NCBI GenBank assembly: GCA_945876185.1 | Contig: CAMCMZ010000010.1 | Location: 4,614 to 68,613 of the forward strand | Length of the DNA: 64,000 nt | Direction of reading: 5' to 3' | Source of the DNA: Candidatus Kuenenia stuttgartensis | Lineage (GTDB): Bacteria > Planctomycetota > UBA11346 | In this document: piece by piece, positions 28,541 through 41,912 of the stretch | How the letters are laid out: every line of letters starts with the position of its first letter | Position numbering within the stretch: the stretch's first letter is position 1 | Made by a program: the position numbers and the translations under genes | Notes under the pieces: model-generated | Databases searched by the model: none | The model's input: only the letters and a program-made list of their open reading frames with translations | What the model was told of the DNA's origin: nothing

Positions 28541-29709
28541 TCGACGGCCTGGTCGACATTCTTGGCCTTACCGCGCGGGATCTCGAATCCGCCGCCGCCT
28601 TGCGCCTGAGTGCCGGAGCTGGGATCGCGCCCAAGGTGTTCGGTCAGGCGCAGCGGGAGGGGGTCTTCGCGCCCGAGCGCCATGTCCACCTGCCGGCCAC
28701 CGCCGCCGGCTGGCGCGCCGCATTTCGCGTCGGCCTGCTGACCGTGGTGCGAACCGTCGAAGAAATCAACGAGGCCGGCCCGACGGCAAAGGCCGTGCTG
28801 CGCTTAGACGACGGTTACGAGGTCGAATGCGTCCGCATCCCGATGCGCTACGCCGACGACGGCAGCGTCACCGGTTGGACGCTCTGCCTGTCGAGCCAGG
28901 TCGGTTGCCGCATGGGCTGCGGTTTCTGCGAGACCGCACGTATGGGGCTGGTGCGGCAGCTGACCGCGGCCGAGATCGTGGCCCAGGTGGTGACCGCCCG
29001 CGTCGCGCTGGGTTGGACGACGCGCAACCTGGTTTTCATGGGGATGGGCGAGGCGCTCGACAACGTCGAGAACCTGATCCAGGCGATCCGGGTACTGAAT
29101 GACGACCGTGGCCTGGGTTTCGGCCTCGACCACATCACCGTCTGCACCAGCGGCCACGTCGAGGGCCTGCGCCGGCTGTCCGCCCAAGGATGGAAGCGGC
29201 TCAACCTGTCGATCAGCCTCAACGCCAGCACCGATGAAACCCGCTCGCGTCTGATGCCGGTCAACCGCAAGACGCCCTTGGCCGAACTCCAGGCTGCCCT
29301 GATCGCTTACCGCCCGCGCCGGAATTTTGCCTTCGCGGTGAACTACTGCCTGATGCCGGGTTTCAACGACACCGAGGCCGATGCTTGGCGCATCGCGGAA
29401 TTCACCCGGCCGCTAGGCCGGGCGTTGCTCAACCTGATCCCCTACAATCCCGGCAACCTGCCGCTGACCCGCGCCCCCACCGAGGACGAGGTCGTGCGCT
29501 TCGTCGGCTGGCTGCGCACCGCCGGCGTCGCCGTGCGCCGCCGCATCACCAAGGGCCGCTCGATCATGGCGGCTTGCGGACAGCTCGGAAATGCGGAGCT
29601 GCGCCGAACCGGTCGACCTGCGCCGGGACCCGGCTTGACGCGGCAGGCGTTGGTCCATGCAGTTGCGTCTTCACCTGAGCCCACCTCCATAAAGGATTCC
29701 CCATGCTGA
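28537..29709 (+). CDS. rlmN: Radical SAM RlmN/Cfr-family rRNA/tRNA adenine C2/C8 methyltransferase
   Basis: The ATG at 28537 overlaps the hemL stop (ATGA). The radical-SAM cluster is [17 protein letters not shown], followed by GMGEALDN and the C-terminal catalytic Cys motif AACGQL. I cannot distinguish RlmN from Cfr without a phylogeny. Confidence 0.8.
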   Translation: MIDGLVDILGLTARDLESAAALRLSAGAGIAPKVFGQAQREGVFAPERHVHLPATAAGWRAAFRVGLLTVVRTVEEINEAGPTAKAVLRLDDGYEVECVRIPMRYADDGSVTGWTLCLSSQVGCRMGCGFCETARMGLVRQLTAAEIVAQVVTARVALGWTTRNLVFMGMGEALDNVENLIQAIRVLNDDRGLGFGLDHITVCTSGHVEGLRRLSAQGWKRLNLSISLNASTDETRSRLMPVNRKTPLAELQAALIAYRPRRNFAFAVNYCLMPGFNDTEADAWRIAEFTRPLGRALLNLIPYNPGNLPLTRAPTEDEVVRFVGWLRTAGVAVRRRITKGRSIMAACGQLGNAELRRTGRPAPGPGLTRQALVHAVASSPEPTSIKDSPC

Positions 29710-30137
29710 TCGGCATCTCACCGCTGCTGTCGCCCGAACTGCTCACGACCCTCTACCGCATGGGACATGGCGACGAGATCATCCTCGCCGACGCGCACTT
29801 TCCGGGCCACAGCATCGGGCCGCAGGTGGTGCGCGCCGACGGGCTGCGCATCCCGGCGCTGCTGGACGCCATCCTGCCGCTGATCGCGCTCGACACTTAT
29901 GTCTCCGCACCGTTGGCGATGATGGCGGCGGTGCCCGGCGATCAGCTCGATCCGACCGTGGAGCTCGACTACCGCGCCGCCATTGACCGTCATTGGCCCC
30001 AGACCCCGGCTATCGGGCGCATCGACCGCTTCGCCTTCTACGACCGCGCCAAGACCGCCTTCGCGATCGTGATGACCGGGGAGACCGCCAAGTACGGCAA
30101 CATCATCCTGAAAAAAGGCGTCACTCCGTTGCGCTGA
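29703..30137 (+). CDS. fucU: L-fucose mutarotase (RbsD/FucU family)
   Basis: Near-collinear with E. coli FucU: [39 protein letters not shown]...[32 protein letters not shown]. Confidence 0.9.
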   Translation: MLIGISPLLSPELLTTLYRMGHGDEIILADAHFPGHSIGPQVVRADGLRIPALLDAILPLIALDTYVSAPLAMMAAVPGDQLDPTVELDYRAAIDRHWPQTPAIGRIDRFAFYDRAKTAFAIVMTGETAKYGNIILKKGVTPLR

Positions 30138-30335
30138 CGCCCCGTTGATTTGGCCGGAACAGGGTCGGACCCAACCGCTTGCGCCGGGGACCGCCAGGCT
30201 CCAGCCTAGCAAGCGACCTGGTGCGCACCAGGCGCCTCAGGCACATTTGTTTTCGCTGTTGTTCCTGTTTTTCTCCACCTTGCCAGCACCTTGTCACCCC
30301 CGTATCACCCGTCCTCCACTCACACGAGGCCCAAC

Positions 30336-31244
30336 ATGTCCGCGCAATTCGGCTCCTGGATCGGCACCGGCTCGGCCGGCACCTACACCCCCACCGTCGA
30401 TCCCGCTCTGGTCGATGATCCGCGCTTTCCAGCGCTATTGGCTGCCGCGAAGGGTGGCGTCTCGTTCGCCGGTGCGGTCGGCATCGTCACCGGCGCCAGC
30501 GATCCGCATTCGATCGGTTACCGCATCGCGCTGAACCTCGCGCGCGGTGGCGCCTCGGTGGTGATCACCGGTTCGCGCGACCTGCCGAAGATCACTGCTA
30601 CCGCTGAACAACTGGCGGCTGAGGCAAAAGCCGGCCGCGTCCTGCCGGCCCAGGTCAACCAGGGCGACCTGCCCCAGATCGACGCCCTGCTCGACCACCT
30701 CAAGGGTCAGAACCTGGCCGCGACGCACATCTTTCCATTCGCGGCGATCAACCATCCGGCGCTGTTCTCCGGCATCCGGCCCGAGGACTACGCCCGCGTT
30801 TTCGCGGTGAATGTCTATGGCGTCTATCATCTGGCAGCCCAGCACGCCCGCCGCGCCCCGCGCAACGTGCCCTGGTACGTCTGCATCCCGCTGTCGCCGA
30901 ACGATGGCAGATTGCAGGGCTCCGGCCTCTACCCGGCAAGCAAGCAGGCGCTGCGACCGATCGTCGTCCAGGGCCAGAACGAGATCGGCGACCGTCGCGG
31001 CGGCACCTATACCGGGGTCGAGATCGCCTGGACTCGCTCAGCGTTGATGAGCAAGCTCGACGCCGGTGTCGCCGCCGCACGTGCGGAAGGGCTGAAGGTG
31101 TTCGAGACCAGCGACACCGCTGACGTCTGCACCCTCTGCGGCATCCCGGCCGCACAGGCGCTGAAAGGTACCGTGATCGACGCCGGCGGCGGCTTCGGCA
31201 AGGTCAGTCCCGCCACCATGGCGAAGGTGCTCGGCGGACACTGA
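30336..31244 (+). CDS. Short-chain dehydrogenase/reductase (SDR) family oxidoreductase
   Basis: Rossmann motif IVTGASDPHSIGYRIA, plus the catalytic Y-x3-K (YPASKQAL). I chose the ATG at 30336 rather than the longer ORF from 30291. Confidence 0.7.
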   Translation: MSAQFGSWIGTGSAGTYTPTVDPALVDDPRFPALLAAAKGGVSFAGAVGIVTGASDPHSIGYRIALNLARGGASVVITGSRDLPKITATAEQLAAEAKAGRVLPAQVNQGDLPQIDALLDHLKGQNLAATHIFPFAAINHPALFSGIRPEDYARVFAVNVYGVYHLAAQHARRAPRNVPWYVCIPLSPNDGRLQGSGLYPASKQALRPIVVQGQNEIGDRRGGTYTGVEIAWTRSALMSKLDAGVAAARAEGLKVFETSDTADVCTLCGIPAAQALKGTVIDAGGGFGKVSPATMAKVLGGH

Positions 31245-31250
31245 CGGCAA

Positions 31251-31405
31251 AATGCTTAAATGCTTAAATGCTTAAATGCTCGAATGCTTGAATGGTAGAG
31301 TGATTGAATGCCTGAATGTTCGAATCCCAATATTCAAGCATTCAAGCATTCCGGCATTCAAGCATTTCCCCAAGTCTCAAGCATTCCGGCATTCGAGCAT
31401 TTCCC
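31251..31405. repeat. Palindromic array of 8-bp tandem repeats (AATGCTTR units, then inverted CATTCAAG units)
   Basis: The left arm has ten consecutive 8-mers from 31251: aatgctta x3, aatgctcg, aatgcttg, aatggtag, agtgattg, aatgcctg, aatgttcg, aatcccaa. The right arm, from 31331, carries the reverse-complement units (tattcaag, cattcaag, cattccgg, cattcaag, catttccc...). It fills the gap between convergent genes. Confidence 0.9.
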
Positions 31406-31409
31406 CCAC

Positions 31410-33680
31410 TCAGGGTTTCAGCACACTTTCACTACGATACGCCCCGGTTTTCAGATCAAGCGTGCCGGTGAACTTATGGCCTCCGGCTTCGATGGTGAGG
31501 ACGCCTTCCTTCCAGCCGAGGTCGAGCGGGCCGCCTTTGCCAGCAGGTGAGCGGAACAGAGCGCGGTGGGCTGAGAGGTCGTGCTCCTTGCCGGCGCGCC
31601 AGACGCGCACGGTTTTCTCATCGCTGAACTGGAGGGCGACAGACGCGCCAGAGGCGGCGCTGACGCCGACCTTGCTCTCCGCCAGGGCAGAGAGGTCGAC
31701 CTTGGCGTTGGCCAGCACCTTGGCTTTGAAAGCATCGAAATCGCCATGGGTTTCTGCTTCGCCGATTTCAATGGCAAACCCGGAGACCGGGCCGGCGCTG
31801 ACGTCGCCGGACAACAGGGCGGTGCCGGCGGGGGCGCCGGTCTTGCCGCTGAAGTTCTTGTGGCGGGCGGGGTCGAGTCCCTTGAATGCGCCGTTGACCG
31901 GCAGGAAGGCGAGCCAGGTGCGTTCGCATTTCACCAGGGCCTTGCCATCGATGACTTCGACCGTGGCGTCGCTGGGGACCTGGATGTTCCACTGGCCTTT
32001 GTCAGTGCGCTTGAGGAAGAGCAGCAGGTTCCGGTGCTGGGCGATGCGGTCATCCTTGCTGCGGTTGAGGACCAAGCTGCCTTTTTCCTGAGTGCTGGGG
32101 ATGATCAGGTCGCAACCGCGAGTGGCGTGGTCGACCAGGATCTTGCAGCCGGCAACGTCATAGCCGCTGCCTTCGACCAGCGATCCGGCCTGGTACGTCT
32201 TGGCGATAAAGGTCGTTTCATGGTACAACGGTTGGTCCGCGGCCCCGGGCAGCCAAGTGCTGTAGGTCGGGTGGCTGACGAGGATTTCCACCGGCTCGGG
32301 GAATTCCTTCTTCATCAAGGCCACGGTGGCGGCCGGCGGACGGTAGGCCGAGGTCACGAAGTGGACCAGATCGCGGTCGGGATGCGGCAGGGGAACCGGC
32401 GAACCGGCGAAAAGGTAGCCGACCTCGGCCGGCCCTCCGCAGAGACCGGTTGTAGTGCCGTAATCGCGAGCGGCGGGTGCGGCGCTGGCTCCACGGCGGT
32501 ATTTCAAGGCACCGGTCGCGGTCAGATAGTCCAAGATCGCCTTGGCGAAACCGCGGACTTCCGGATCCTTGGCGAAGTCGTGTAGATTCACATAGGCCGT
32601 AATGGTGTGGGCGAGATACGCCGGGCTGTCCCATTCGCCCATGCCGATGCTGAAGAAGTTGCGCGCCGTGACGCGCAGGCGCTCTTTGGCGATGCGGCGC
32701 ACGAGTTCGTTGCCAGTTTCCTCTGCCAACAGGTAGACGGTGGTTTCGCGCATGCCGCGCAGGTTGTCGGTGCAGCGCCACTCGATCACCCCGCCCCGGG
32801 TGCCGGGTCCCCAGGATTCTCCGACCGGTCCGGCGCCGATCCCGTGGGTTGGGTGGGGGCGCTGGTTGGTGCGGCGATCGTATTCCTCGAAGACCAGCCA
32901 GTCGCCGGCGGCGAGCAGGGCGTACCAGGTGCGCCAGGCGGCGAGGTCTTTGGGTGGTTCCGGCGCCAGCACCGGAATAACCTTGTCGCGCAGGTATTTG
33001 GCAAAGGCCTTCTTGTTGGTCTGGCCTTCGCGCTCGGCCGCGTCGGCCATCTCGCTCAATTGAGCCGGGGAACGCCAAATCTTTGCCAGAGTTTCCGCAG
33101 CATAGGCACGGACCTGCTCATCCGGGCAGTCCAGCAGCAGCACCAGTTCGAGGTTCGGCCGGGGATCGGTCGCGACCAGGGCGGCCGCGCCGGTCTTCAT
33201 TAGCGCAAGATGGGCGGGATCGAGGTGCTGACCGAAGAAGAAATACTTCCGCATCTGCCCCTTGATGGTGAATCCGTAGTAGAAGTCGACGCCCTTGGTT
33301 TCAGCGTTCTGGCCGGCTTCGCCGTCCGGCGCGCACAGCATGGCGATCGAGGCTTTGCGTTCGGCGTCGCCGGCCGGGTCACTGGTCGCGCCCGCCGCGA
33401 GGAACGACATGCAGTTGACCGGGTAGGTGTTTTTCTCGCGTTCATCAGCGGTGCCGCCCGGGTGCTTTTTGGCATAGGCCCGGATCGCCGCATCGGCGCG
33501 GGTGCGAAAGGCGTCTTCGTATTCCGCCGGCCAGGGATTGGCGAAGCCGGCCGGCAGCGGGATCGGTACCGGGACGATGCGGCCCTGCGCATCGACCGTG
33601 ACGCGGTCCTCGCCGGAGTGCCCCAAGGACAGCGCGGCAGCGAGGATGGAGGACACGAGGCTGAGCCTGAACGAGGTCAT
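31410..33680 (-). CDS. Large secreted protein of unknown function (signal peptide)
   Basis: Coding-like 756-aa ORF from the ATG at 33680 (MTSFRLSLVSSILAAALSLGHS). I recognised no domain. Amino-acid composition is normal, unlike the shadow ORFs. Confidence 0.6.
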   Translation of the reverse strand: MTSFRLSLVSSILAAALSLGHSGEDRVTVDAQGRIVPVPIPLPAGFANPWPAEYEDAFRTRADAAIRAYAKKHPGGTADEREKNTYPVNCMSFLAAGATSDPAGDAERKASIAMLCAPDGEAGQNAETKGVDFYYGFTIKGQMRKYFFFGQHLDPAHLALMKTGAAALVATDPRPNLELVLLLDCPDEQVRAYAAETLAKIWRSPAQLSEMADAAEREGQTNKKAFAKYLRDKVIPVLAPEPPKDLAAWRTWYALLAAGDWLVFEEYDRRTNQRPHPTHGIGAGPVGESWGPGTRGGVIEWRCTDNLRGMRETTVYLLAEETGNELVRRIAKERLRVTARNFFSIGMGEWDSPAYLAHTITAYVNLHDFAKDPEVRGFAKAILDYLTATGALKYRRGASAAPAARDYGTTTGLCGGPAEVGYLFAGSPVPLPHPDRDLVHFVTSAYRPPAATVALMKKEFPEPVEILVSHPTYSTWLPGAADQPLYHETTFIAKTYQAGSLVEGSGYDVAGCKILVDHATRGCDLIIPSTQEKGSLVLNRSKDDRIAQHRNLLLFLKRTDKGQWNIQVPSDATVEVIDGKALVKCERTWLAFLPVNGAFKGLDPARHKNFSGKTGAPAGTALLSGDVSAGPVSGFAIEIGEAETHGDFDAFKAKVLANAKVDLSALAESKVGVSAASGASVALQFSDEKTVRVWRAGKEHDLSAHRALFRSPAGKGGPLDLGWKEGVLTIEAGGHKFTGTLDLKTGAYRSESVLKP

Positions 33681-33757
33681 GGGAATGCCTTTCTGCGAGG
33701 TCACGGGATCGGGACCGAGCGCCAGCATGAGGAATACGGTCTGAGGCGCCCCATGTT

Positions 33758-33821
33758 GCCGCGAACCAGTGCCGCGAACCAGTGCCGCGAACCAGTGCCG
33801 CGAACCAGTGCCGTGAACGGT
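33758..33821. repeat. 13-bp tandem repeat (GCCGCGAACCAGT x4 plus a degenerate fifth unit)
   Basis: Perfect units at 33758-33770, 33771-33783, 33784-33796 and 33797-33809, then gccgtgaacggt. It is intergenic, between the phosphohexomutase stop (33827) and the start of the secreted-protein gene (33680). Confidence 0.9.
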
Positions 33822-33826
33822 GCGAC

Positions 33827-35152
33827 TCAGGCGGTGATCGCGGCCTTCACCTTGGCGAGCATTTCATCGCGCCGCACCGCGCTGTCGGCTTCCAGGTTCA
33901 GGCGCACCACCGGCTCGGTATTGCTGGCACGGAGGTTGAACCACCAGTCCGGACCGCGCACGGTGACGCCATCGAGTTCGCTCACCGCGCCGCCCGGGAA
34001 GGCGCGCAGGCGGGCCAGGGTCGCGTCGGCGTCGCGAACCTTGAAATTTATCTCGCCGGTGTGGAAGTAGGTGCACAGTGGCTTGACCAGCGAGGACAGG
34101 TTGCCGGCGCCGCTGATGATGTTGGCGAGCAGGATAAAGGCGTAGAGGCCCGAATCCGCACCGTAAAAGTCGCGGAAATAGTAGTGGCCGCTAAGTTCGC
34201 CCGCCATGGCGGCGTGGTGCTCTTTCATGGTTTTCTTGATGAAGCTGTGGCCGACCCGGGTCTCGACCGCAGTGCCGCCGAGTTTGCGGATCAGTTCGGG
34301 CACCGCCTTGGACGAGCGCAGGTCGTAGACGATCGCAGATGGCCCTTCGGTTTCGAGGAAATGCCGCGCCAGCAGGGCGGTGGTGAGGTCGCAGGGCACG
34401 AACTCGCCGGTCTCATCGACCAGGGCGCAGCGGTCGCCGTCACCGTCGAAGGCGGCGCCGAAGTCAGCTTTTTCCGCCACCACGCGCGCGCGCAGCGCGG
34501 CGAGGTTTTCGAGCTTGAGCGGGTTGGCGTCGTGGTTGGGGAAACGGCCATCGGGATCGAAGTACATCGGCACGATGAGCACGCCGGGCAACCGCGGGAG
34601 GAGATGCTGGAAGATCGTGCCGACCATGCCGTTGGATCCATCGACCACGATTTTCAGCGGGCGCTTCAGCCGCAGTTGCGCCGCGATCAGATCCGCGTAG
34701 GCGGCGATGGTCACGGCCTCATCGATCCTGCCGCCGGGACGTTTCGCCACCGATTTCGCGCGCGCCAGGGCCTCGATCTGTTCCATGCCGGTACCGGCAC
34801 CGACCGGCTTGAAACCGGGCGCGGTGATCTTGATCCCACCGTACTGCCGTGGGTTGTGCGAGGCGGTGATCTGCGCGCCGCCGGCGGTGCCAAGATGATG
34901 GCAGGCGTGGGTGTGGGCCGGCGTCGAGACCATGCCGACATCGACCACGATCACGCCAGCTTCGACCAGGCCGCGCACGAAGGCGGATTTCAGCGTCGGC
35001 GAGGACTCGCGCATGTCGCGGCCGACGCCGAATCGTTTGCCGGCCAGATTCAGATACTGCGCCGTGGCGTGGCCGATGTGATAGGCCAAGTCCTCGTCGA
35101 GTTCCTGCGGATAGACGCCGCGGATGTCGTAGGCCTTGAACGGGTCGGGCAT
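33827..35152 (-). CDS. Phosphomannomutase/phosphoglucomutase (alpha-D-phosphohexomutase family)
   Basis: N-terminus FKAYDIRGV, active-site serine loop TASHNP, metal-binding loop FDGDGDR and sugar-binding GELSGH. Confidence 0.9.
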   Translation of the reverse strand: MPDPFKAYDIRGVYPQELDEDLAYHIGHATAQYLNLAGKRFGVGRDMRESSPTLKSAFVRGLVEAGVIVVDVGMVSTPAHTHACHHLGTAGGAQITASHNPRQYGGIKITAPGFKPVGAGTGMEQIEALARAKSVAKRPGGRIDEAVTIAAYADLIAAQLRLKRPLKIVVDGSNGMVGTIFQHLLPRLPGVLIVPMYFDPDGRFPNHDANPLKLENLAALRARVVAEKADFGAAFDGDGDRCALVDETGEFVPCDLTTALLARHFLETEGPSAIVYDLRSSKAVPELIRKLGGTAVETRVGHSFIKKTMKEHHAAMAGELSGHYYFRDFYGADSGLYAFILLANIISGAGNLSSLVKPLCTYFHTGEINFKVRDADATLARLRAFPGGAVSELDGVTVRGPDWWFNLRASNTEPVVRLNLEADSAVRRDEMLAKVKAAITA

Positions 35153-35390
35153 GGGGAGCTCCTCGGGAGCCGGGACGCTAGAGCGACACAGGCACTGCGC
35201 CAGCGGGGCTCTTAAGCCGGCGAAGGGGCCAGCGGAATGTCCGGTTCAGCCTGTTCACAAGTGACCTCGGAATGAGATTTTGAAGAGACTTGCGCGGTCA
35301 CCAAATGGGTGATGGGTCGATGTGCCCAAAACTGCTTCGATTGCTGGCAATGTCCCCGCCATCAAAAACAGCCCACCCACGATTCCCAGT

Positions 35391-35492
35391 AAAAATCGCA
35401 AGTGCGCCCCAGATGCAAGGCGGGAGGAGGGAGTTTGGCAGCGCCAAATGACCGACGACCAACGCCGCAGATGGGGTGCAATTGCGATTTTT
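35391..35492 (-). repeat. 103-bp MITE-like TIR element (copy 2, inverted relative to copy 1)
   Basis: The reverse complement matches 16470-16572 with only a few mismatches. On the minus strand it begins 4 nt after the TGA stop (35497-35499) of the FecR-like gene. Confidence 0.8.
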
Positions 35493-35496
35493 ACGT

Positions 35497-36378
35497 TCAG
35501 TTCGGTGGGCCGGGTGGGCCGGCCAGGGCGGTGCGGCTTGGGCCGGACCCAACCACGGTCTGCACCACCTGCTGCGTCACCTGCTGGCGGATCTCTTCGT
35601 TGATCACGTTGGTGACCTCGCGGGCGATCTCGCGCGTGACCTGCTGGTTGATTATCACGTTGGCCTGTTCGCGGGCCACGTTGCTGAAAAAGTCGGGCAT
35701 CAGGCGCATCGTTTCAGTGGCCGCGATGTCGGTGGCCCACGATGATCCGGCCGGATCAGGAACCAGTCCCTGGTCGTGGGCGGTCTGGGTTGCCGTGAGA
35801 CTGAGGACTTGCGGCCGCGAACTGAGTGTTTCTGCCGAGCCCAAACCGCCGCCGGAACTGGCGGAAACTCCCTGGCGCGGCAAGAGGTCGACCTCGGAGG
35901 TCTGGCGGTTGAGCGCCAGGGCAACCTCGCGCCGCAGGCCGACCTTGAGCGCTCCGCGCACCAGGACGATGTAGTCGGCGTCGGTGCGGGTGCGTTCGAC
36001 GATGAACAGGGTGCCCACGACGCGCGCCTCGGCGGCGGCTCCGCGCACGATCAGCCCGGGCCAGCGGCCACGGTCGGGCAGGTCGACCTGCACCGTGCCT
36101 GCATCCAGGACGAGGACGAGTTTGCCGTTCTCACTGGTCAGGGTGAGAGCCGACTTGGGCGACAGGATGACGGCACTGCCCGGGGCGCCGTCGATGCCGA
36201 TGCGCACCAGGTCCGCAACGGATTTCACCGTGGCGCCGGAGGCGATGGCGGCACCGGGCGCAGCGGGGGCGCCGTCGATGGTGGCCAGGCCGGTCTGGAA
36301 TACCGCCAGAGGCTGGTCGGCCGTGTGGCCGCTGGACCATCCGAGGATCAAGATGCAGAGGGGAAGGATCAGGCGCAT
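35497..36378 (-). CDS. Secreted FecR-domain-like protein with a repetitive helical C-terminus
   Basis: The ATG at 36378 gives the signal peptide MRLILPLCILILGWSSGHTA. The central beta-rich region resembles FecR (AVILSPKSALTLTSENGKLVLVLDAGTVQVDL...RVVGTLFIVE). The C-terminal repeat is VTREIAREVTNVINEEIRQQVTQQVVQTV. Confidence 0.55.
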   Translation of the reverse strand: MRLILPLCILILGWSSGHTADQPLAVFQTGLATIDGAPAAPGAAIASGATVKSVADLVRIGIDGAPGSAVILSPKSALTLTSENGKLVLVLDAGTVQVDLPDRGRWPGLIVRGAAAEARVVGTLFIVERTRTDADYIVLVRGALKVGLRREVALALNRQTSEVDLLPRQGVSASSGGGLGSAETLSSRPQVLSLTATQTAHDQGLVPDPAGSSWATDIAATETMRLMPDFFSNVAREQANVIINQQVTREIAREVTNVINEEIRQQVTQQVVQTVVGSGPSRTALAGPPGPPN

Positions 36379-36389
36379 GGTAGGGTTCC

Positions 36390-37511
36390 TTACCAGGTTG
36401 CGGCCAGGCGCAGGCCGTATTGAGCGCGGTCGTAATTGTCGGTGTCGATGGTCGCGCGTCGGCGGCCGAGGGCGGCGTAGGGTCCAAGGGTGGCGTTGGC
36501 GCAGATCCAGATGTCGGCGTTGGCGCGCAGGGTGTAGATCACCTGGCGTTCGTCGGCGTTGCCGGGTGGGCCCTGGTCGTAGATCCGCCATTCCGCACTG
36601 CCGCGTGCGCCGAGATCGACCGTGCCCAGGCCCGGCTTCGTCCCGACCCGCCACATCAGGGCGAGGCCGGGCACCACGGCGCGGTAGCTGTTGAGCGCAT
36701 CTTCAGCGACATAGCGGGCACCGCGCAAAGACAATTCCACCCGGCGATAGGTGTTGTCGGGCGAAAAGCGCAACCAATGGCGCCAGGTCGCGTCGGCAAG
36801 CCAGCCGCCTTCCGACGCCTGCTCGTCGTAGCGCAGATGCTGAAGCCCCAGGCCGACCACATCGATGTGCTGACCATAGACCTTGAAGCCGTAGACCGAG
36901 CCGCTGAACGCCTCGGCGGAGGTCTGGTGGTCGAGCCAGAAGCGGTTCCAACTCGCCACCGCGCCGAGATCTGCCCGGCCGATCCCAGGGGCGGTGACCG
37001 GCACCCGGCCGTTGAGCACCAGACCGATGCGATCGAGATCCGCCTCGTGGACGGTGGGGTAGCGGTTGCTCTCGCCGATCAGTTGCACCCCGACCTCGCG
37101 GCCGACGGCATCGCCGGCACGCCAGCCGGCGCGGGCGCTGCCGGTCCAGGCGAAGCCGCGTTCATCAGTGGCGGAAGGCGACTGGCGCGATTCGAGCAGG
37201 ATGTTGCTGTCGTAGCCAGCGGAAGTCTCGGCCGAGAAGGTCCATGGGTTCTTCGTCGCCGGCGCGGTGGCGCCGACCTCTTGCGCTTTCCCTGGCGCCG
37301 CAGCGGGGGGTGCCTGCGGCGGCGGTGGCACGGCGACGGGTGGCGGCGGCGGAGGTGGCGGGACTTCGGCTACGGCTGCCGCCGGCGGAGCCGGTGGTGG
37401 CGGAGGAACGTCTACCGCAGGCAGAGGTGGGGCTGGGGGCGGCGGCGGCTCAGCTGCGGTTGACATGCCCATCAGGATGAGGGCGGACAGGCCAGGGACG
37501 ACGCGGTTCAT
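36390..37511 (-). CDS. Putative outer-membrane beta-barrel protein with an N-terminal polyproline region
   Basis: Signal peptide MNRVVPGLSALILMGMSTAA, then a ~60-aa Pro-rich tract. About 290 aa of alternating beta-strand pattern follow, ending YGLRLAATW (C-terminal aromatic residue). Its ATG directly abuts the stop of the upstream kinase gene. Confidence 0.6.
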   Translation of the reverse strand: MNRVVPGLSALILMGMSTAAEPPPPPAPPLPAVDVPPPPPAPPAAAVAEVPPPPPPPPVAVPPPPQAPPAAAPGKAQEVGATAPATKNPWTFSAETSAGYDSNILLESRQSPSATDERGFAWTGSARAGWRAGDAVGREVGVQLIGESNRYPTVHEADLDRIGLVLNGRVPVTAPGIGRADLGAVASWNRFWLDHQTSAEAFSGSVYGFKVYGQHIDVVGLGLQHLRYDEQASEGGWLADATWRHWLRFSPDNTYRRVELSLRGARYVAEDALNSYRAVVPGLALMWRVGTKPGLGTVDLGARGSAEWRIYDQGPPGNADERQVIYTLRANADIWICANATLGPYAALGRRRATIDTDNYDRAQYGLRLAATW

Positions 37512-41765
<4,254 letters not shown>

Positions 41766-41912
41766 CCGGGTAACCGTTCTGGCCGTGCGGCCGAGATGCT
41801 GGAATGCTTGCGTACCATACGGTCGACCCTTGCCGGGCAAGACAGCGCACCGCCCACCGTCCACGTGAGGAGCCCTGATGGCGGGCGATGGCGGGACGGA
41901 CAGGGCCGGGGA

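Noticed and set aside
31251-31405. I considered whether the 8-bp array, or the 13-bp array at 33758-33821, could be a CRISPR locus.
   Set aside because: The units are contiguous with no spacers and far shorter than CRISPR repeats. No cas genes are present in the window.
33782-35215. 477-aa ORF on the plus strand.
   Set aside because: It is antisense to the phosphohexomutase gene, which has the TASHNP and FDGDGDR motifs. Its 5' end is built from the 13-bp tandem repeat.
36379-36654. Upstream extensions of several ORFs: 35497-36654 here, and likewise 61886-62236, 17434-17577, 41766-41864, 43293-43355 and 50084-50233.
   Set aside because: The extended N-termini are Arg/Pro-rich and overlap neighbouring genes or promoters. 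Internal ATGs give proper signal peptides or family-typical N-termini.
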